Positions 12,480 to 25,302 of a stretch of 64,000 bases of DNA are shown here, in pieces. Under the pieces are notes generated by a model. It searched no databases. It was not told the DNA's origin and saw nothing but the letters and a program-made list of their open reading frames with translations. The position numbers and the translations under genes were made by a program. This DNA is from Paraspadella gotoi (taxonomy: Eukaryota; Animalia; Chaetognatha). Positions within the stretch are counted from its first letter, which is position 1. Each line of letters opens with the position of its first letter. The stretch covers positions 85,379-149,378 of the forward strand of contig JBJCIZ010000810.1 in NCBI GenBank assembly GCA_051294375.1, given 5' to 3'.

Positions 12480-14726
12480 TTAGAAAATGACAGTTAGAAA
12501 TAAAGAAAAAAGTTTTTTATTTTAGAGAAGTAAAAGAGAGCTCGAAAGATAAGAAGAAAAAGTACGGAATTTTCGAATCTTTTTTGGTCAAAAATCCCGG
12601 CAAGCACCAATTCATACTTGTCATTAAAACTATTGAATCGAATTCGGTTAGCATACCTTTTTCGCTCCTTTCTGAAATTTTTATTTTTTTTCCTGGAGGC
12701 ATGTATCGAGAGCGTCAAAGTCTTTTGTGGTTTGCGTCGTTGCCGTTAGTGGAAAGAAGCTTGAGAAAAGCTGCTGTTTATGGTTCTGTTTGTTTTTGGT
12801 TGCGTCGGGGGGCTACCGTGTGAAATATCCTTTTTGTACATTGTGACTATTCTCATTCGATCAAAGTTTAAACGATAACGTCTGAAAAATATAGAATACA
12901 CCTGTTTGTTGTGTTCTCTCGACATAGATATTGTGGTGTATTATTTTATTTGGGATTATGATGTGATTTGTGTAACCGATATGCAATACATTTCACGGAC
13001 GAGAAGAGAGAGAGAGAGTTAATAGAAATTAGAGTGTGTGGAGGAATACAAGTAGTGATACAGAGCGTGATAAGACAGACGCGGCGGTAGAGTGTACTGA
13101 GAGAACTTAGCGCACGCCGAGATCCATGATCTCAGTGATACACCTCCTTCTTCATTCCCCCTCCCAGGGATTCGGGAGGACCGCAGATCACGAATTCAGA
13201 GTTCAACCTTGAGACGACGTGTCGTGAGACTGATGCTTTGGCGAGGCGCTCTGCAACACGCACCGATTAGAGCTTTCTCTTATCCTCTGCTTCTTTATCT
13301 CACCTCACGTCCCGTGCATCTGTTGACCTGATCCATTATAAAATTCTCTCGCTCTTCTCGTCAAAAAAGTATATTATCTCACAGCCTACATTTCTCGTCA
13401 CATCGTTAAAATCTTCTGGAACCTGGTGCGCAAAACAGGTACAAAAAAATAGAGTGTGTGCGGATATAGGCGTATCACGTATATTTATTAATTATATACT
13501 TTTCGCAGCAGAAGAGAGCCAAAAGACGACAGAGGTGATCTCGATCCAGAGGAATGTGATAATATACTCCGCCACATCACGATCCACCGAACTGAGGAAC
13601 CCCAAATATCGATGAGATAAGATATCCTGCATAGGTGTGATATTCAATAATATAGAGAGCACACAAAAGAATAAAATACACCACGCATCGGTTTAATGTG
13701 GACTATATCCTACTAACTAGATAAAAAAAGTATTCAAAGTAAGAATTGTCAGATCAAAATTCTTCAGTCTTAAGGTTAAGGTGCCTCTCACGAGGAAGAG
13801 TAAAAAGAAGAAACTAAAGACGGAGAATATGTTAATCAAAAATGTGTTCTCTATGACCGAAAATGAGGAGGACCAGAAAAAACCGTACACAAAATTAATC
13901 TTCTCGAAAACTTTTTTGGTATCAATTGTGTATTTTTTAACAAATTATTAGGAGAAAGAAGTTTAAAAAAAAAAAAAAAAGAAAAAGAGCAAAAAACAAA
14001 AACGGACTGTTAAATTGGATTAAATTTAATTAATCGTCCTCGTTTCCCCAACCCAAACTTTTTTGTGCATTGCCGACAAAAAAATGACGTTCTTCTTCCA
14101 ATCTTTTTTCCTCGTCGAATTCAATCTTTGATCAGCACAACGACTTCCGCCATGGCGAAAAATCTCCCATTTTTAATCGGATCTGCTTTCAGCAGATCCC
14201 GACTCTATANNNNNNNNNNNNNNNNNNNNNNNNNATTCACTTTTGTCGGTCGTCGGTCTCTATGCATTCATGCATATCATGGGCATTACATCTAGATTGT
14301 ATAATTAAAAGACTCCCGTTCTGTCCTCGTCCGTCCTCGGTCGTCTCCGCGTCGCCTCCGTCCGTCCGTTGCGCTCCGTCCGTCTCGTCCTTCGTGTCCG
14401 TCCGTTCCGTCCGTCCGTCTCACCTTAGCAAAAAAATACCGAGTATAAGTGATTGGATTGGATGGATTTGAATTGAATTTTGTTGGTTGTTAGGGAAGTG
14501 TGTGATAGCTGTTATATGAAGTTATAATTTCGTCAAAATAGTTTAATGAACAAATAAAATATTTTCACTATTTGAACACCAATTACTATGGTGGGTGTGC
14601 GAGTGATTGAAATTTGATTGAGTGAAAAGTCTATTATCCTTGTCCGTCCGTCCGTCCCACCTTAGCAAAAAATACCAATTACTAGTGATTGGATTGATGG
14701 ATTGGAATGAAATTTTGTGTGTTGGT
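12480..14726 (+). repeat. Low-quality duplicate of ~4300-5729
   Basis: 13990-14209 and 14235-14640 match 5080-5730; upstream part is a heavily garbled version of 4.3-5.0 kb; contains a 25-N gap and ends at a long N gap. Confidence 0.6.
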
Positions 14727-15632
14727 NNNNNNNNNNNNNNNNNNNNNNNNNNNNNNNNNNNNNNNNNNNNNNNNNNNNNNNNNNNNNNNNNNNNNNNNNN
14801 NNNNNNNNNNNNNNNNNNNNNNNNNNNNNNNNNNNNNNNNNNNNNNNNNNNNNNNNNNNNNNNNNNNNNNNNNNNNNNNNNNNNNNNNNNNNNNNNNNNN
14901 NNNNNNNNNNNNNNNNNNNNNNNNNNNNNNNNTCGATCGATTGAATTTTACCGCGAATCGCATCGATTTGAATTGAATTGAATTGAATTGAATCGAATTG
15001 AATCGAGGTTCAATCCGACGTTTTTTTTCTCTCCCTCGAATCATGACGCCGTCGTCATCCCTCCCACCACCCATCATCTCTCCACCCATCACGCTACCCG
15101 CCCGTCACGCTTCCCGTCGCCGCCAACTTTGGGAATCAACCCTTCGATGATTTTCCCCCGCCCGTTTTCTCGTTTCCTATTTTCTCTAAACGACTCGATC
15201 TTCGATCGTTTGCGTCGTAACCGGGAGTGATGACTCTTAAGTCGAATTTGATCTTCGATCAACTACACTGAGACGCACAAAAATTTCTGCTCTAATCCCG
15301 AATCTCGATCGCGGTGTTAAATTTTTTCTTTGCGGCGCCATTTTTAATCGCCGGCGCCACCGTCGCCGTCTCTATCTTCTAAACCCCTCATCGCCACCTT
15401 CTCTCCCTCGTTGACTACGTTCCCCCTACTCACCGGATTTTTTTTGCTTATTTTAATAAAACGATCATTTAGCCGATTTTCGATCATCATCGTCGCAATC
15501 ACAAGCGGACATTTCGATTAACTCGCTTTCGCGAATCGTCTCTCTCCCCCTCCCCCCTGCGATCGCCTTATGAAATCCGGAAAACCCAACTCCTCTCCCC
15601 CCCCCCTTCGCGATGGACCGATTTTTTTCCCA

Positions 15633-17349
15633 AGAAAAACTAAAGTCGAATTTAAAAATAGCGGAAAAAAAATCCATGAAACTCAACTAAACTAATAAAA
15701 CTTTCTAAAGAAATTAAAAGCGAAACAAAAAGATTCTTTTCTCCCCTTCCTCTGATGTCGATTTTTTCCTTTTTCCTTTCGACCTTAAAAGAAATCTTAA
15801 TACTCAAACCCTAGACGCCAAGAAGTTAAGAAAAGACCCATTAGTTACTAAATAATGCCAACTTCAAAAATATCACCTCGACAGTTGCTATCACCCGCTC
15901 TCTACATCCCGGAATCGACGTCGATCTTTTTCTCTCACCGTCCCCCCCCACCTCGCCCATCCAAAAAAAAACAAACTAAGAACAAAAATAAGCAAAATTA
16001 AAAAAAAATAAATGATTAAAAAAAAAAGGTGACATTCTCCCTTACAAAAGATGAAATTTTTTTTCGTGCGAACTCGATCGCAGTTTATCTGCTAATTCTA
16101 TTTCTCTCTCTCTGTGTTCCTTATTCTTTTGGATTTGACAAATCATCAACGTCAATCACCTTCACGCTCACCCTCACAGGCATTAATCACCACCACTTGC
16201 TATCCGACTAAAAAGAGAAGAAAAAAACTTTTCTTACGAATTTGATGCCCAAATCTTTGTCGCCGTTCTCCCAACTTTGTCTCTCTCTCTATCTCTCTCT
16301 CTCTCTTTCTCTCTCTCGCCCTGTTAATCATCGCCGCTCGTCTTGAGAAATTTGAACCTATCCAAGCTGTCAGTAACTGACACAGTTGATCAATTTGTCA
16401 AAAATTATGCCTCAGCTTTTGTCATTCAGCTACTGTAAGAAGTGAGCTCAGTCTTCACAGTTAAAAACATCATTAATCTTCTAATGCCATTTAATGAAAA
16501 ACTGAAGTCAAATTTAAAAATAGCGGAAAAAAATCCATGAAACTAAACTAAACTAATAAAACTTTCTAAAGAAATTAAAAGCGAAACAAAAAGATTCTTT
16601 TCTCCCCTTCCTCTGACGTCGATTTTTTCCTTTTTCCTTTCAACCTTAAAAGAAATTTTAATACTCAAACCCAAGACGCCAAGAAGTTAAGAAAAGACCC
16701 ATTAGTTACTAAATAATGCCAGCTTCAAAAATATCACCTCGACAGTTGCTATCACCCGCTCTCTACATCCCGGAATCGACGTCGAGCTTTTTCTCTCGCC
16801 GTCCCCTCCCACCTCGCCCATTCAAAAAAAAAAAACAACTAAGAACAAAAATAAGCAAAATTCAGAAAAATTAATGATTAAAAAAAAAAAAAGGTGACAT
16901 TCTCCCTTACAAAAAAGATGAAATTTTTTTCGTGCGAACTCGATCGCAGTTTAACCGCTAATTCTATTTTTCTCTCTGTGTGTTCCTTATTCTTTTGGAT
17001 TTGACAAATCACCAACGTCAATCACCTTCGCGCTCACCCTCACAGGGGTTAATTACCACCACTTGCTATCCGACTAAAAAGAGAAGAAAAAAACTTTTCC
17101 TACAAATTTTATGCCCAAATCTTTGTCGCCGTTCTCCCAACTTCGTCTCTCTCTCTATCTCTCTCTCTCACCCCGTTAATCATCGCTGCTCGTCTTGAGA
17201 AATTTGAACCTATCCAAGCTGTCAGTAACTGACACAGTTGATCAATTTGTCAAAAATTATGCCTCAGCTTTTGTCATTCAGCTACTGTAAGAAGTGAGCT
17301 CAGTCTTCACAGTTAAAAACATCATTAATCTTCTAATGCCATTTAATGC
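15633..17349 (+). repeat. Tandem duplication of an ~860-bp unit
   Basis: 15633-16496 and 16497-17349 both run from AAAAACT(A/G)AAGTC.. to ..CTAATGCCATTTAATG and differ mainly by substitutions. Confidence 0.92.
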
Positions 17350-18277
17350 AAAAATGTGGCGATTCGATGGATTTGCCAACTTCGATGGAAACGGGCGTAG
17401 AGTCTTCCTTACGGCGTTATTAATTTCAAGGATTGTTTGGAACGGTTTTCGTTCAGTAAAAATGTTTCAGAACAAAGTTCTTAATTTGTTCGCCATTAAA
17501 ATCTGGAACCTTAATAAAATAATCAAAGCATATAGATATTCTATATGCGTTAACAAGTAAAGGCAATAACAAAGTAATACTATCAATTAATAAACGTTAA
17601 TAACAATAAGCAATGATTAATAAGCGTTAACCAGTAAAGATGAATATCTGGTTGTAGAATGGAATCTTTATCAAAGTACAAAGAAATAATATTGGAGAGG
17701 TTCTACAAATAGTAACCATGAACTACTGCTAGTGTGCTCTAGCAAAATATGTATAAATTAAATGTTCTTTTGTCTTAACATATTGTTTATATGTTAATAG
17801 GTTATAAAGGAAAAATGGAATATCTATTTAAGAAGTACCACATCACACATCATTATTAAGTTTTTGTTATTACAGCTATTTTCTTTAACTTTCCTGATGA
17901 ATAATGAATGTTATTTTATTTTTGTACTTTGACATCAGCATTTTACTATTTCCATTATATTTTGCCTCACTGGTGATTCCATTACCTCAAAAATAAACTC
18001 TTTAAATTTCTGTAAATATTTATCACATCACTTCTTGCTCATTATTCATAAATTCATTATTCATATATTTCTTTTAGCAATTACCTATAGATTATCATCC
18101 CCAGTCATTGTGTCTCTGTAATGTCCAGTCAAAGAGCTCCTTTCCCAAGAGTCTCAGTTAGGTTGTTATTCCTTCCCCAGCCCTTTGTTCCACACGATGC
18201 CACTCAGTGACATTCGAGGTCACAGTGTGACATCTTTTTCCAAGAGGAGGGCACTCGATCCTCATCCTCCTCTTCCC

Positions 18278-19597
18278 CCTGGTCATAGCTCTATAATGAT
18301 TTAGGATTTCTTCTTTGTGACGTTGTCGTCGGCGTCACGCTGTTTTTATATAAAAACTACTACGCTTTTATAGGTTTGGCTGTGACTTACCGTTTTTTTT
18401 TAAATAAAAATTATTATGAATTATGATAAAGTTTTACAAAAGTGTGCGATCATAGTAAGTTAAAAATTTAGATATGGCTTCTCATCTTGAAATAGCTTTG
18501 ATATTTTCTTATTACATTTGGATATAAGTACTTTTTGTTTGAATTTCCACTTCATTATGATTTACTGCAAAATGCAAATGGTTAAAGTACTCGTTATAAT
18601 ATCCAAATTAGTATATAGAAATGCATTAATATAATTTACATATTGCAGTATATAATATTGAAGATAAAATTCAAAAATTTTTTTTTAAATCTATAATAAA
18701 AATGGGAAATCAAAGGACCTTTTTAATGAGAAGCTATATCTTAATTTTAATAGAAATAAAAATAAAATCTTTTACAAGCTATGATTGGATAAAAATTGTA
18801 ACAATTTCCAATTGTAAACAATTGTAACATTTTTTCCTTTCTTTTATTTCTTTAAATTATATATATGAAATTGGTACAACCAATATAAAAATTATCCATT
18901 CATTTAATAAATAAGCTATCTTGCCCCTGACTTTGGACAGGCTTTGGTGGTTTAGGCCTCCATCACTCTTACAATGACAAAGCAGGTCCCTGCAAGCTTT
19001 CAATCAATATATTTTTCTTTAAATTATATATGTATTTTTCTTCCTATTTTTATCAGTTGCTGCCTCTTCTGAACCATTTAAAAACGAGTTCAGGCTCTGC
19101 AGTGATTGTACAACTGCCTTCCAGCGGCTGTCCAGCTTTCTCTCTTTCTCTCTCTGTCTCTCTCTGTCTCTCTCTCTCTGTCTCTGTCTCTCTCCCTCTC
19201 TCTGTACGATCTCTTGCGTGATCGTTTTTTGAAAAATTTTGATTATTTTTTTCCTTTTAAAAACTTTTATTATCGCCATTTATTCCGCGATTTTTTCTCA
19301 ATGCAAAATCCCAAATTTACATCCGAGATTTTCGTGGATTTATTCTCTTTCTTTCTCTCTCTCTCTCTTTCTCTCATACACGCATTTGTTTGTTTTATTT
19401 ATGATGAATGATGATTTATTTATGATGCGTCAATGAATGACTATCATCGCATCAATGAATGACTATCATCGTATCAATGAATGACTATCATCGCATCAAT
19501 CATTTGGTTATTATCACATCAATCATTTGGTTATCATCACATCGATCATTTGCTTATCATCGCATTTAGGCGAGATCCTATTCTTTTAAGATTTTTT
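18278..19597 (+). mobile_element. HINE-like family A element (5' hairpin truncated)
   Basis: Homologous to 1410-2260; contains 23-bp tandem repeats (19420-19565) and 3' end AGGCGAGATCCTATTCTTTTAAGATTTTT. Confidence 0.6.
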
Positions 19598-20023
19598 CTA
19601 ATACTATTCCGGCCAGGGACTTTTCCTCAATAAACATTATCGTTGCGATATGCATCTTCTTCAGGTTAGTATTAGAGAATTTGGTTTAGAATTATGTTGT
19701 CATTAGTAGAGATGTGGACACGATCCGGAAAGCGTAAGCGAACACTGTGGAAGCGGCCGATTTTTGAAGAACCCGAAACCGGGAGCGATAGAAAAATTGA
19801 GAATAAAGGATTGAACCCGGAAGCTATAATAACCCTGCGTGTTCGCTTCCTGGTCATTTGTTTTTATTGGTTAGAAATGAAAGGTATTTAATGTATTAAA
19901 ATCTTTGCAACCCCCTGCTCTTTCTTGATTTTTCTTTTAAAAATTTGTTTTTAATATTTATTTTCAACATTTAAAATTGTTTGCTCCTAATTTTTTTATT
20001 CAATTTTTCTTATTCTCTTCTTT

Positions 20024-20283
20024 TGGTGACAACAACAACGACAACAACAACCACCTTAACGACTCTTAAACTTACCTAAATCGTGACCGTACGACTTAAG
20101 GTCAAATAGTTAATTGACCACTAGATTCGTTTCGACTCTTATTGTTATTTTTACTATTGTCTTTTCTCTTTTTGTTATTGTCGTTTTTCTCTCTGAAAAT
20201 GATTTTGATCATTACATGTTGTAAATAAATTCGTGAAACGTCTTCTTATTTTCTTCTTTAAATTCCTATCAAGTCATTTACCA
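20024..20283 (+). repeat. 5' LTR of Gypsy copy 1
   Basis: TGGTGACAAC..CATTTACCA; differs from 3' LTR by 1 substitution and 1 inserted base. Confidence 0.95.
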
Positions 20284-20286
20284 AAG

Positions 20287-20300
20287 TGGTAAGCCCGACG
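20287..20300 (+). promoter_or_regulatory. Primer-binding site, tRNA-Trp-like
   Basis: TGGTAAGCCCGACG 3 nt after LTR; resembles canonical Trp PBS TGGTGACCCCGACG. Confidence 0.75.
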
Positions 20301-20381
20301 AAAACCAAGCAAAAGAACACGCAACCTTCTTCAAAAACTAATTAAAGACTGCTCTCTTCACGAATCTCTAACGCCATCGAC

Positions 20382-21732
20382 ATGGAAGAGCGCGCCCGTA
20401 GTGGCTCCGGCCGCGGTCGCGTCGCGACTGCTCCCGACGCCGGGACATGTTGGACATCTGGCGGCCCACCCGCTGGCGCCGTTCCGCCCTGATGCCTGGA
20501 CCCCGGCGCTGGACCTCCACAGCAAAACCTTGTCGCCGGCGCCGAAAACCGTCTCGCTGGCCACCTCGAGTTGCTCCTCCAAGCTGCTCTGGCCCCAATC
20601 ACCATTGGCCTTCAATCCCTCCGCGAAGAAGTCACACGATCTAGGCGCAGACCTTCCGCAAGCACTGCCGTCGCCTCGCCCGGTGCAACGGCACCAAACG
20701 CCCTCGCCTAGAAATACCGGCGGGACGCCGCGTCTGTCCCAGGGCGCCGCGCTGCTCCTTCCATGCTGCCAACTGGAACTTCCCCAGTTGTCTCAATGCC
20801 TGGAACGCCGGGTACTTGCCGCCCCAATCCACATCGGCGCCGCGCTTCCGCGCCCACCCAAAATGTTCCAGCTGCCAACCGCGAGTCTATGGATACATCG
20901 GAACGCATTTCACCTTCCCAACTTTCCCAGTGCCCCCGCCTCACCTCCGCCCCGCCCACGCACGCCAAAGCTCCCACCGTTTGATCCAGCCAATGTCAAG
21001 ATCTGGATAGCTGCTTCAGAAGCGGCGTTTGGCGTCGCTGGCGTCGACGACACCCACGCCAAAGCTAGTCATGTTTTCGCGACTATCCCTTCTGAGCATC
21101 AGGTCCTATTCGAGGACCTCTACCCACTGGCCGTCGCCCTACATTCGAGACTGTCAAAGAAAGGCTTTTTCACTCTTTGGTGAGAAGAAGAGGCACTCGC
21201 GGCCCGCGCTCTCAAACCCCAACCTCTCAATGGACGAACCCCATCTCAGCTCGCCACCATATTGGAATCGACTTTCCGTGAACTCGACATGCAAACTCTC
21301 TTCAAAGAAATGTTGGCAAACGCCCTTCCTCCTCATGTAAGAAGCGTCGCCATTACTGACTCAAACTCCTCAAAGTGCTGCTGAAGCCGCTGACGCGTTT
21401 TACGACAACGCCGGTAATCTCGTTGTCAAACCTCCTAACAGCTCAATCACCTCGGTGCATGCTGTATGGCCGACACCGAAACAGCGAGGACCACGACGAC
21501 GATGAACTCCCACGCTCATACGCTGAAGTATGTGCCATTGGTGCCTCAGCTCGTTCATCTCTGCGAACGACCGAAAGCGTGTCCGCATACACAAACCTCA
21601 ATGCAACGAAGTGCCAAATCCAGACGCTCCAGCGGCACACTCTGCTGGTTCCACTGGCAATTTGGAGATGAGGCCAGGAAGTGTCGTAAACCATGCAGCC
21701 GGGGAAACGAGAGAGCCGGCGGCCGGAAGTAA
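20382..21732 (+). CDS. gag: gag (frameshifted in this assembly)
   Basis: KLPPFDPANVKIWIAASEAAF N-terminal motif; CWFHWQFGDEARKCRKPC = C-X2-H-X9-C-X3-C (CHCC) knuckle. Copy 2 shows longer open stretches. Confidence 0.88.
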
Positions 21733-21745
21733 GCGCTGCCGCCGC
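21702..21745 (+). promoter_or_regulatory. -1 ribosomal frameshift signal (G_GGA_AAC plus GC hairpin)
   Basis: Heptamer in gag frame, 6-nt spacer, stem GCCGGCGGC/GCCGCCGGC (perfect in copy 2 at 31625-31656); -1 frame leads into the protease. Confidence 0.8.
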
Positions 21746-24700
21746 GAAATCGAAAACCTGCTTCACGTCCGCGATAACGCCAACGGCCTCACATGGCTAG
21801 TGGATACGGGCGCAGCGTCTCTCTCGTCGCTCCAACTTATCTGCAGAGCGAAACATTGGACCAACCGCCACGCCCCTCCATGCCGCCAACGGGTTTCCCA
21901 TTCCATGTTATGGCCACCGAAAGATGACGATTCGATTAGGTCGACGCAAATTCACATGGGATTTTCGTTATGCAGATGTCTCTACGCCCATCTTAGGAAA
22001 CGACTTCCTGATGGAGATACGACCTCGCGCCTTTCCCGAAAATGAAGGTGTTGGTCGACTGCAAAGATTTTTCCACTGTCCCGGAAAAATTCGCCAAGGG
22101 CGCCCATTTCGTGTAAACACCGTTCACAATGTCTACACCCAGATGCTCGATGCACGGCCAGGACTGACAACGCCCTCCTTCGACCCATCAACCCCAACAC
22201 GGAGTTGAACACTTCATACCTACGGAGGGACCACCAGTTCACGCACAAGCCCGCGCGTTAGCCACAAAGCTCGGCGTAAAGAGCCGAGTTTGAAAGCTGG
22301 AGAAGCTGGGCATCATCAGGCGGAGTGCAGTGCTTGGGCTTCTCCCCTCATGTCGTGAAGAAGCCGCGATGGGCAGCCTGCGAGCATGCGGTGACTATCG
22401 GCGTCTCAACACTGTCACCAAAGATGACCGATACCCAATAAGGCACATCGCCGACTTCAACGCCGAGATTGCGGGCAAAAAGGTCTTTTCAAAAATTGAT
22501 CTTTTCAAGGGGTACCATCAAATCCCCGTCCACCCAGCTCACGTTAAGAAGACGGCCATCATCACACCAATTGGATCATGGGAATACCTCCGCACCCCAT
22601 TCGGCCTCAAAAATGCAGCACAGGATTTCCAACGCATGATGGATGCAATCCTGCAGGGCATCCCTCATGTGTTTGTATACTTAGACGACATTCTCGTCGC
22701 TTCCGCATCACAGGAGCAACACATAGAGGATGTCAAACGAGTCTTCGATGCCCTCGAAAAAAACGGCCTCATAGTGAACAGGGCAAAGTGTGTTTTTGGC
22801 GCCTCATCACTGGAGTTCCTTGGATACCAAGTTGATGCCCGCGGGGTAAAGCCATTGCCATCTCGCGTTGCTGACATCCGCAATTTTCCGACCCCAACGA
22901 CCATTAAGGAACTCCAGCGTTTCCTCGGAGTCCTGAACTATTACAGACGCTTCATGCGCCATGCCGCCCACATCCTCGAGCCCCTCTACGACTCACTCCG
23001 AGGCAAGCCAAAACGACTGCAATGGACAGAAAAACATGACGCGGCATTCCAGGCAGCCAAAAACCTCCTCGCAGACGCCACCCTCCTTGTGCACCCAATC
23101 GACGGCGCGCCGCTTGCCCTAACGGTCGATGCTTCTCTCTCTGCCATTGGTGCAGTGCTCGAGCAGGCCGTTGATGGCGAGTGGAAACCACTGGGGTTCT
23201 TTTCTTCCCCTCTTCGCGGCTCGCAGCGCCAGTGGCCACCGTTTGACCGCGAACTTCTTGCAGCCTTTCGCGCGGTTCGCCATTTTCGCCCGCACATTGA
23301 AGGACGCCCGTTTGTGCTGTTTTCCGATCACAACAGTTTAGTCCCCGCAATTCGCAAAAAAACTGAGCCTCATACAATGAGACAAACGTATCAGCTGGCG
23401 GCCATAGCGGAATATACAACAGATGTGCGCTACATAGAGGGCAAAGCAAATGTTGTTGCTGATGCCCTCTCGCGCCCTCCACTTCCACCTGCCGCAGCAC
23501 CCACTCTGGAGGCTACAATCAACTCAATCACAGACCACGGCATCGATTTTACTGCTTTGGCGGCGGACCAAATCAATGACCCTGATACACATCGCCTTCT
23601 CGCAGACGCACATACCTCTTTGCGTTTCCAAAATGTCAAGGTTGATGGTGCCAACATACTCTGCGACGTCAGTAGTGGTCGGGCGCGTCCGCTGGTACCC
23701 AACACCTGGCGTCGAAAAATTTTCGACGCAATTCATGGTCTTTCTCATCCGGGTGTAAGAGCAACAAAAAAGCTTGTGACATGCCGATTCACATGGCCCG
23801 CGGCCAAAACGGACATAGCAGAATGGACACGCTCCTGCATCACTTGCCAGAGGTCAAAGGTCCAACAACACGTCCAAGCTCCACTGCAACAATTCAAACC
23901 ACCAGAGCGCCGTTTTGAGCACGTCCATATTGATCTGGTGGGACCCTTACCAGCATCAGCAGGCCACACCCACCTTTTAACTTGCATTGACCGGTATACC
24001 CGTTGGCCAGAGGCTATCCCCATACGCGACACCTCCACTGCCACAGTTGCTGCTGCTTTCCTCCAAAATTGGATTTCACGTTTTGGGATTCCAGCTACAG
24101 TCACTACTGATCGTGGATCACAATTTACGTCCGAAATCTGGCACCAACTTTCAGAAATGGTTGGCTTCAAACTTGCAACAACCACAGCCTACCATCCCCA
24201 GTCAAACGGGATGATAGAGAGATGGCACAGGACACTAAAAGCATCCCTAAAAGCTCGCTGCGAGGCCGCAGCAGACAAGTGGACATCACAACTTCCTTGG
24301 GTGCTGCTTGCCCTTCGAACAACCCATAAAGAGGACATTGATGCCTCGCCGGCTGAACTTGTTATGGGTGAAGCACTCACAATCCCAGGCGAGCTACTTG
24401 GCCCCATCTCACCCAAAGCAGATACCGATGCCACCGAACGAGCTGAGATGCTGCAAAATCTAAGAACTGAAGTCGCTCTAATGAGACCCACTCCAGCTTC
24501 TGCTCACTCCTTACCAACAACAAGAATCCCAAACTCTCTGGAAAATGCAGAATTTGTTTTCCTTAAACGTCCGGCAAATGCTGGAGCATTGCAGCAACCC
24601 TATGTAGGTCCATTCCGAGTCATCCAAAGAGGGCAACGAACTTTGACTCTGGACATTCCTGGACGCGGACCCGACACAGTCACAATTGACAGAGTCAAAC

Positions 24701-25089
24701 CAGCTGCCATCGACTCAACAAACCCACCAGAACCACCCCAAGCTCCAAAAAGAGGCCGACCACGCAAACAACCCATTCCACTTATACAAGATTCCATCAC
24801 CCATCAAAAAAACTCGACACTGGAATCAGAGTCTCCAAACCCAACGCCCAGCCCTTCACCTGAACCACGATGCATCCGGCGACCACGTGCAAGGTCTGCT
24901 CCTACTCGGATTCAACCACCAAGAGCAGTGAAACAACTTTTCCCTCTACCAGCAACCTTGTTCCCACCGGACGAAGATAATGAGCCACAACATTCAAACC
25001 CTGCCACCAATGAAGATGCTGACAGGCCTTGGGGGGGGATATTTGGTGACAACAACAACGACAACAACAACAACCTTAACGACTCTTAA
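21709..25089 (+). CDS. pol: pol polyprotein PR-RT-RNaseH-IN (open from 22330; PR part has indels)
   Basis: LVDTGA; CGDYRRLN, KIDLFKGYHQI, PFGLKNA, YLDD; TVDASLSAIGAVL, RELLA, FSDH; HGLSH..CITC; IDLVGP, TDRGSQF, IERWH; PYVGPF (GPY/F). Confidence 0.97.
25031..25041 (+). promoter_or_regulatory. Polypurine tract
   Basis: GGGGGGGGATA just before the 3' LTR. Confidence 0.85.
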
Positions 25090-25302
25090 ACTTACCTAAA
25101 TCGTGACCTACGACTTAAGGTCAAATAGTTAATTGACCACTAGATTCGTTTCGACTCTTATTGTTATTTTTACTATTGTCTTTTCTCTTTTTGTTATTGT
25201 CGTTTTTCTCTCTGAAAATGATTTTGATCATTACATGTTGTAAATAAATTCGTGAAACGTCTTCTTATTTTCTTCTTTAAATTCCTATCAAGTCATTTAC
25301 CA
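25044..25302 (+). repeat. 3' LTR of Gypsy copy 1
   Basis: Direct repeat of 20024-20283 and 29917-30175. Confidence 0.95.

Larger units (their letters stand above)
20024..25302 (+). mobile_element. Full-length Ty3/Gypsy LTR retrotransposon, CsRn1/Kabuki-like clade
   Basis: Two ~259-bp LTRs (TGGT..ACCA), PBS, CHCC gag, PR-RT-RH-IN order, PPT. Confidence 0.97.

Noticed and set aside
14622-15092. ORFs spanning the long N gap
   Set aside because: Artefacts of N translation.
19635-19666. Minus-strand CTGAAGA hammerhead half
   Set aside because: GAAA is replaced by GATA and the downstream sequence belongs to another repeat.
20382-22330. Gypsy gag/PR frameshifts as true inactivation
   Set aside because: Indels differ between the two copies and complement each other, consistent with sequencing error.
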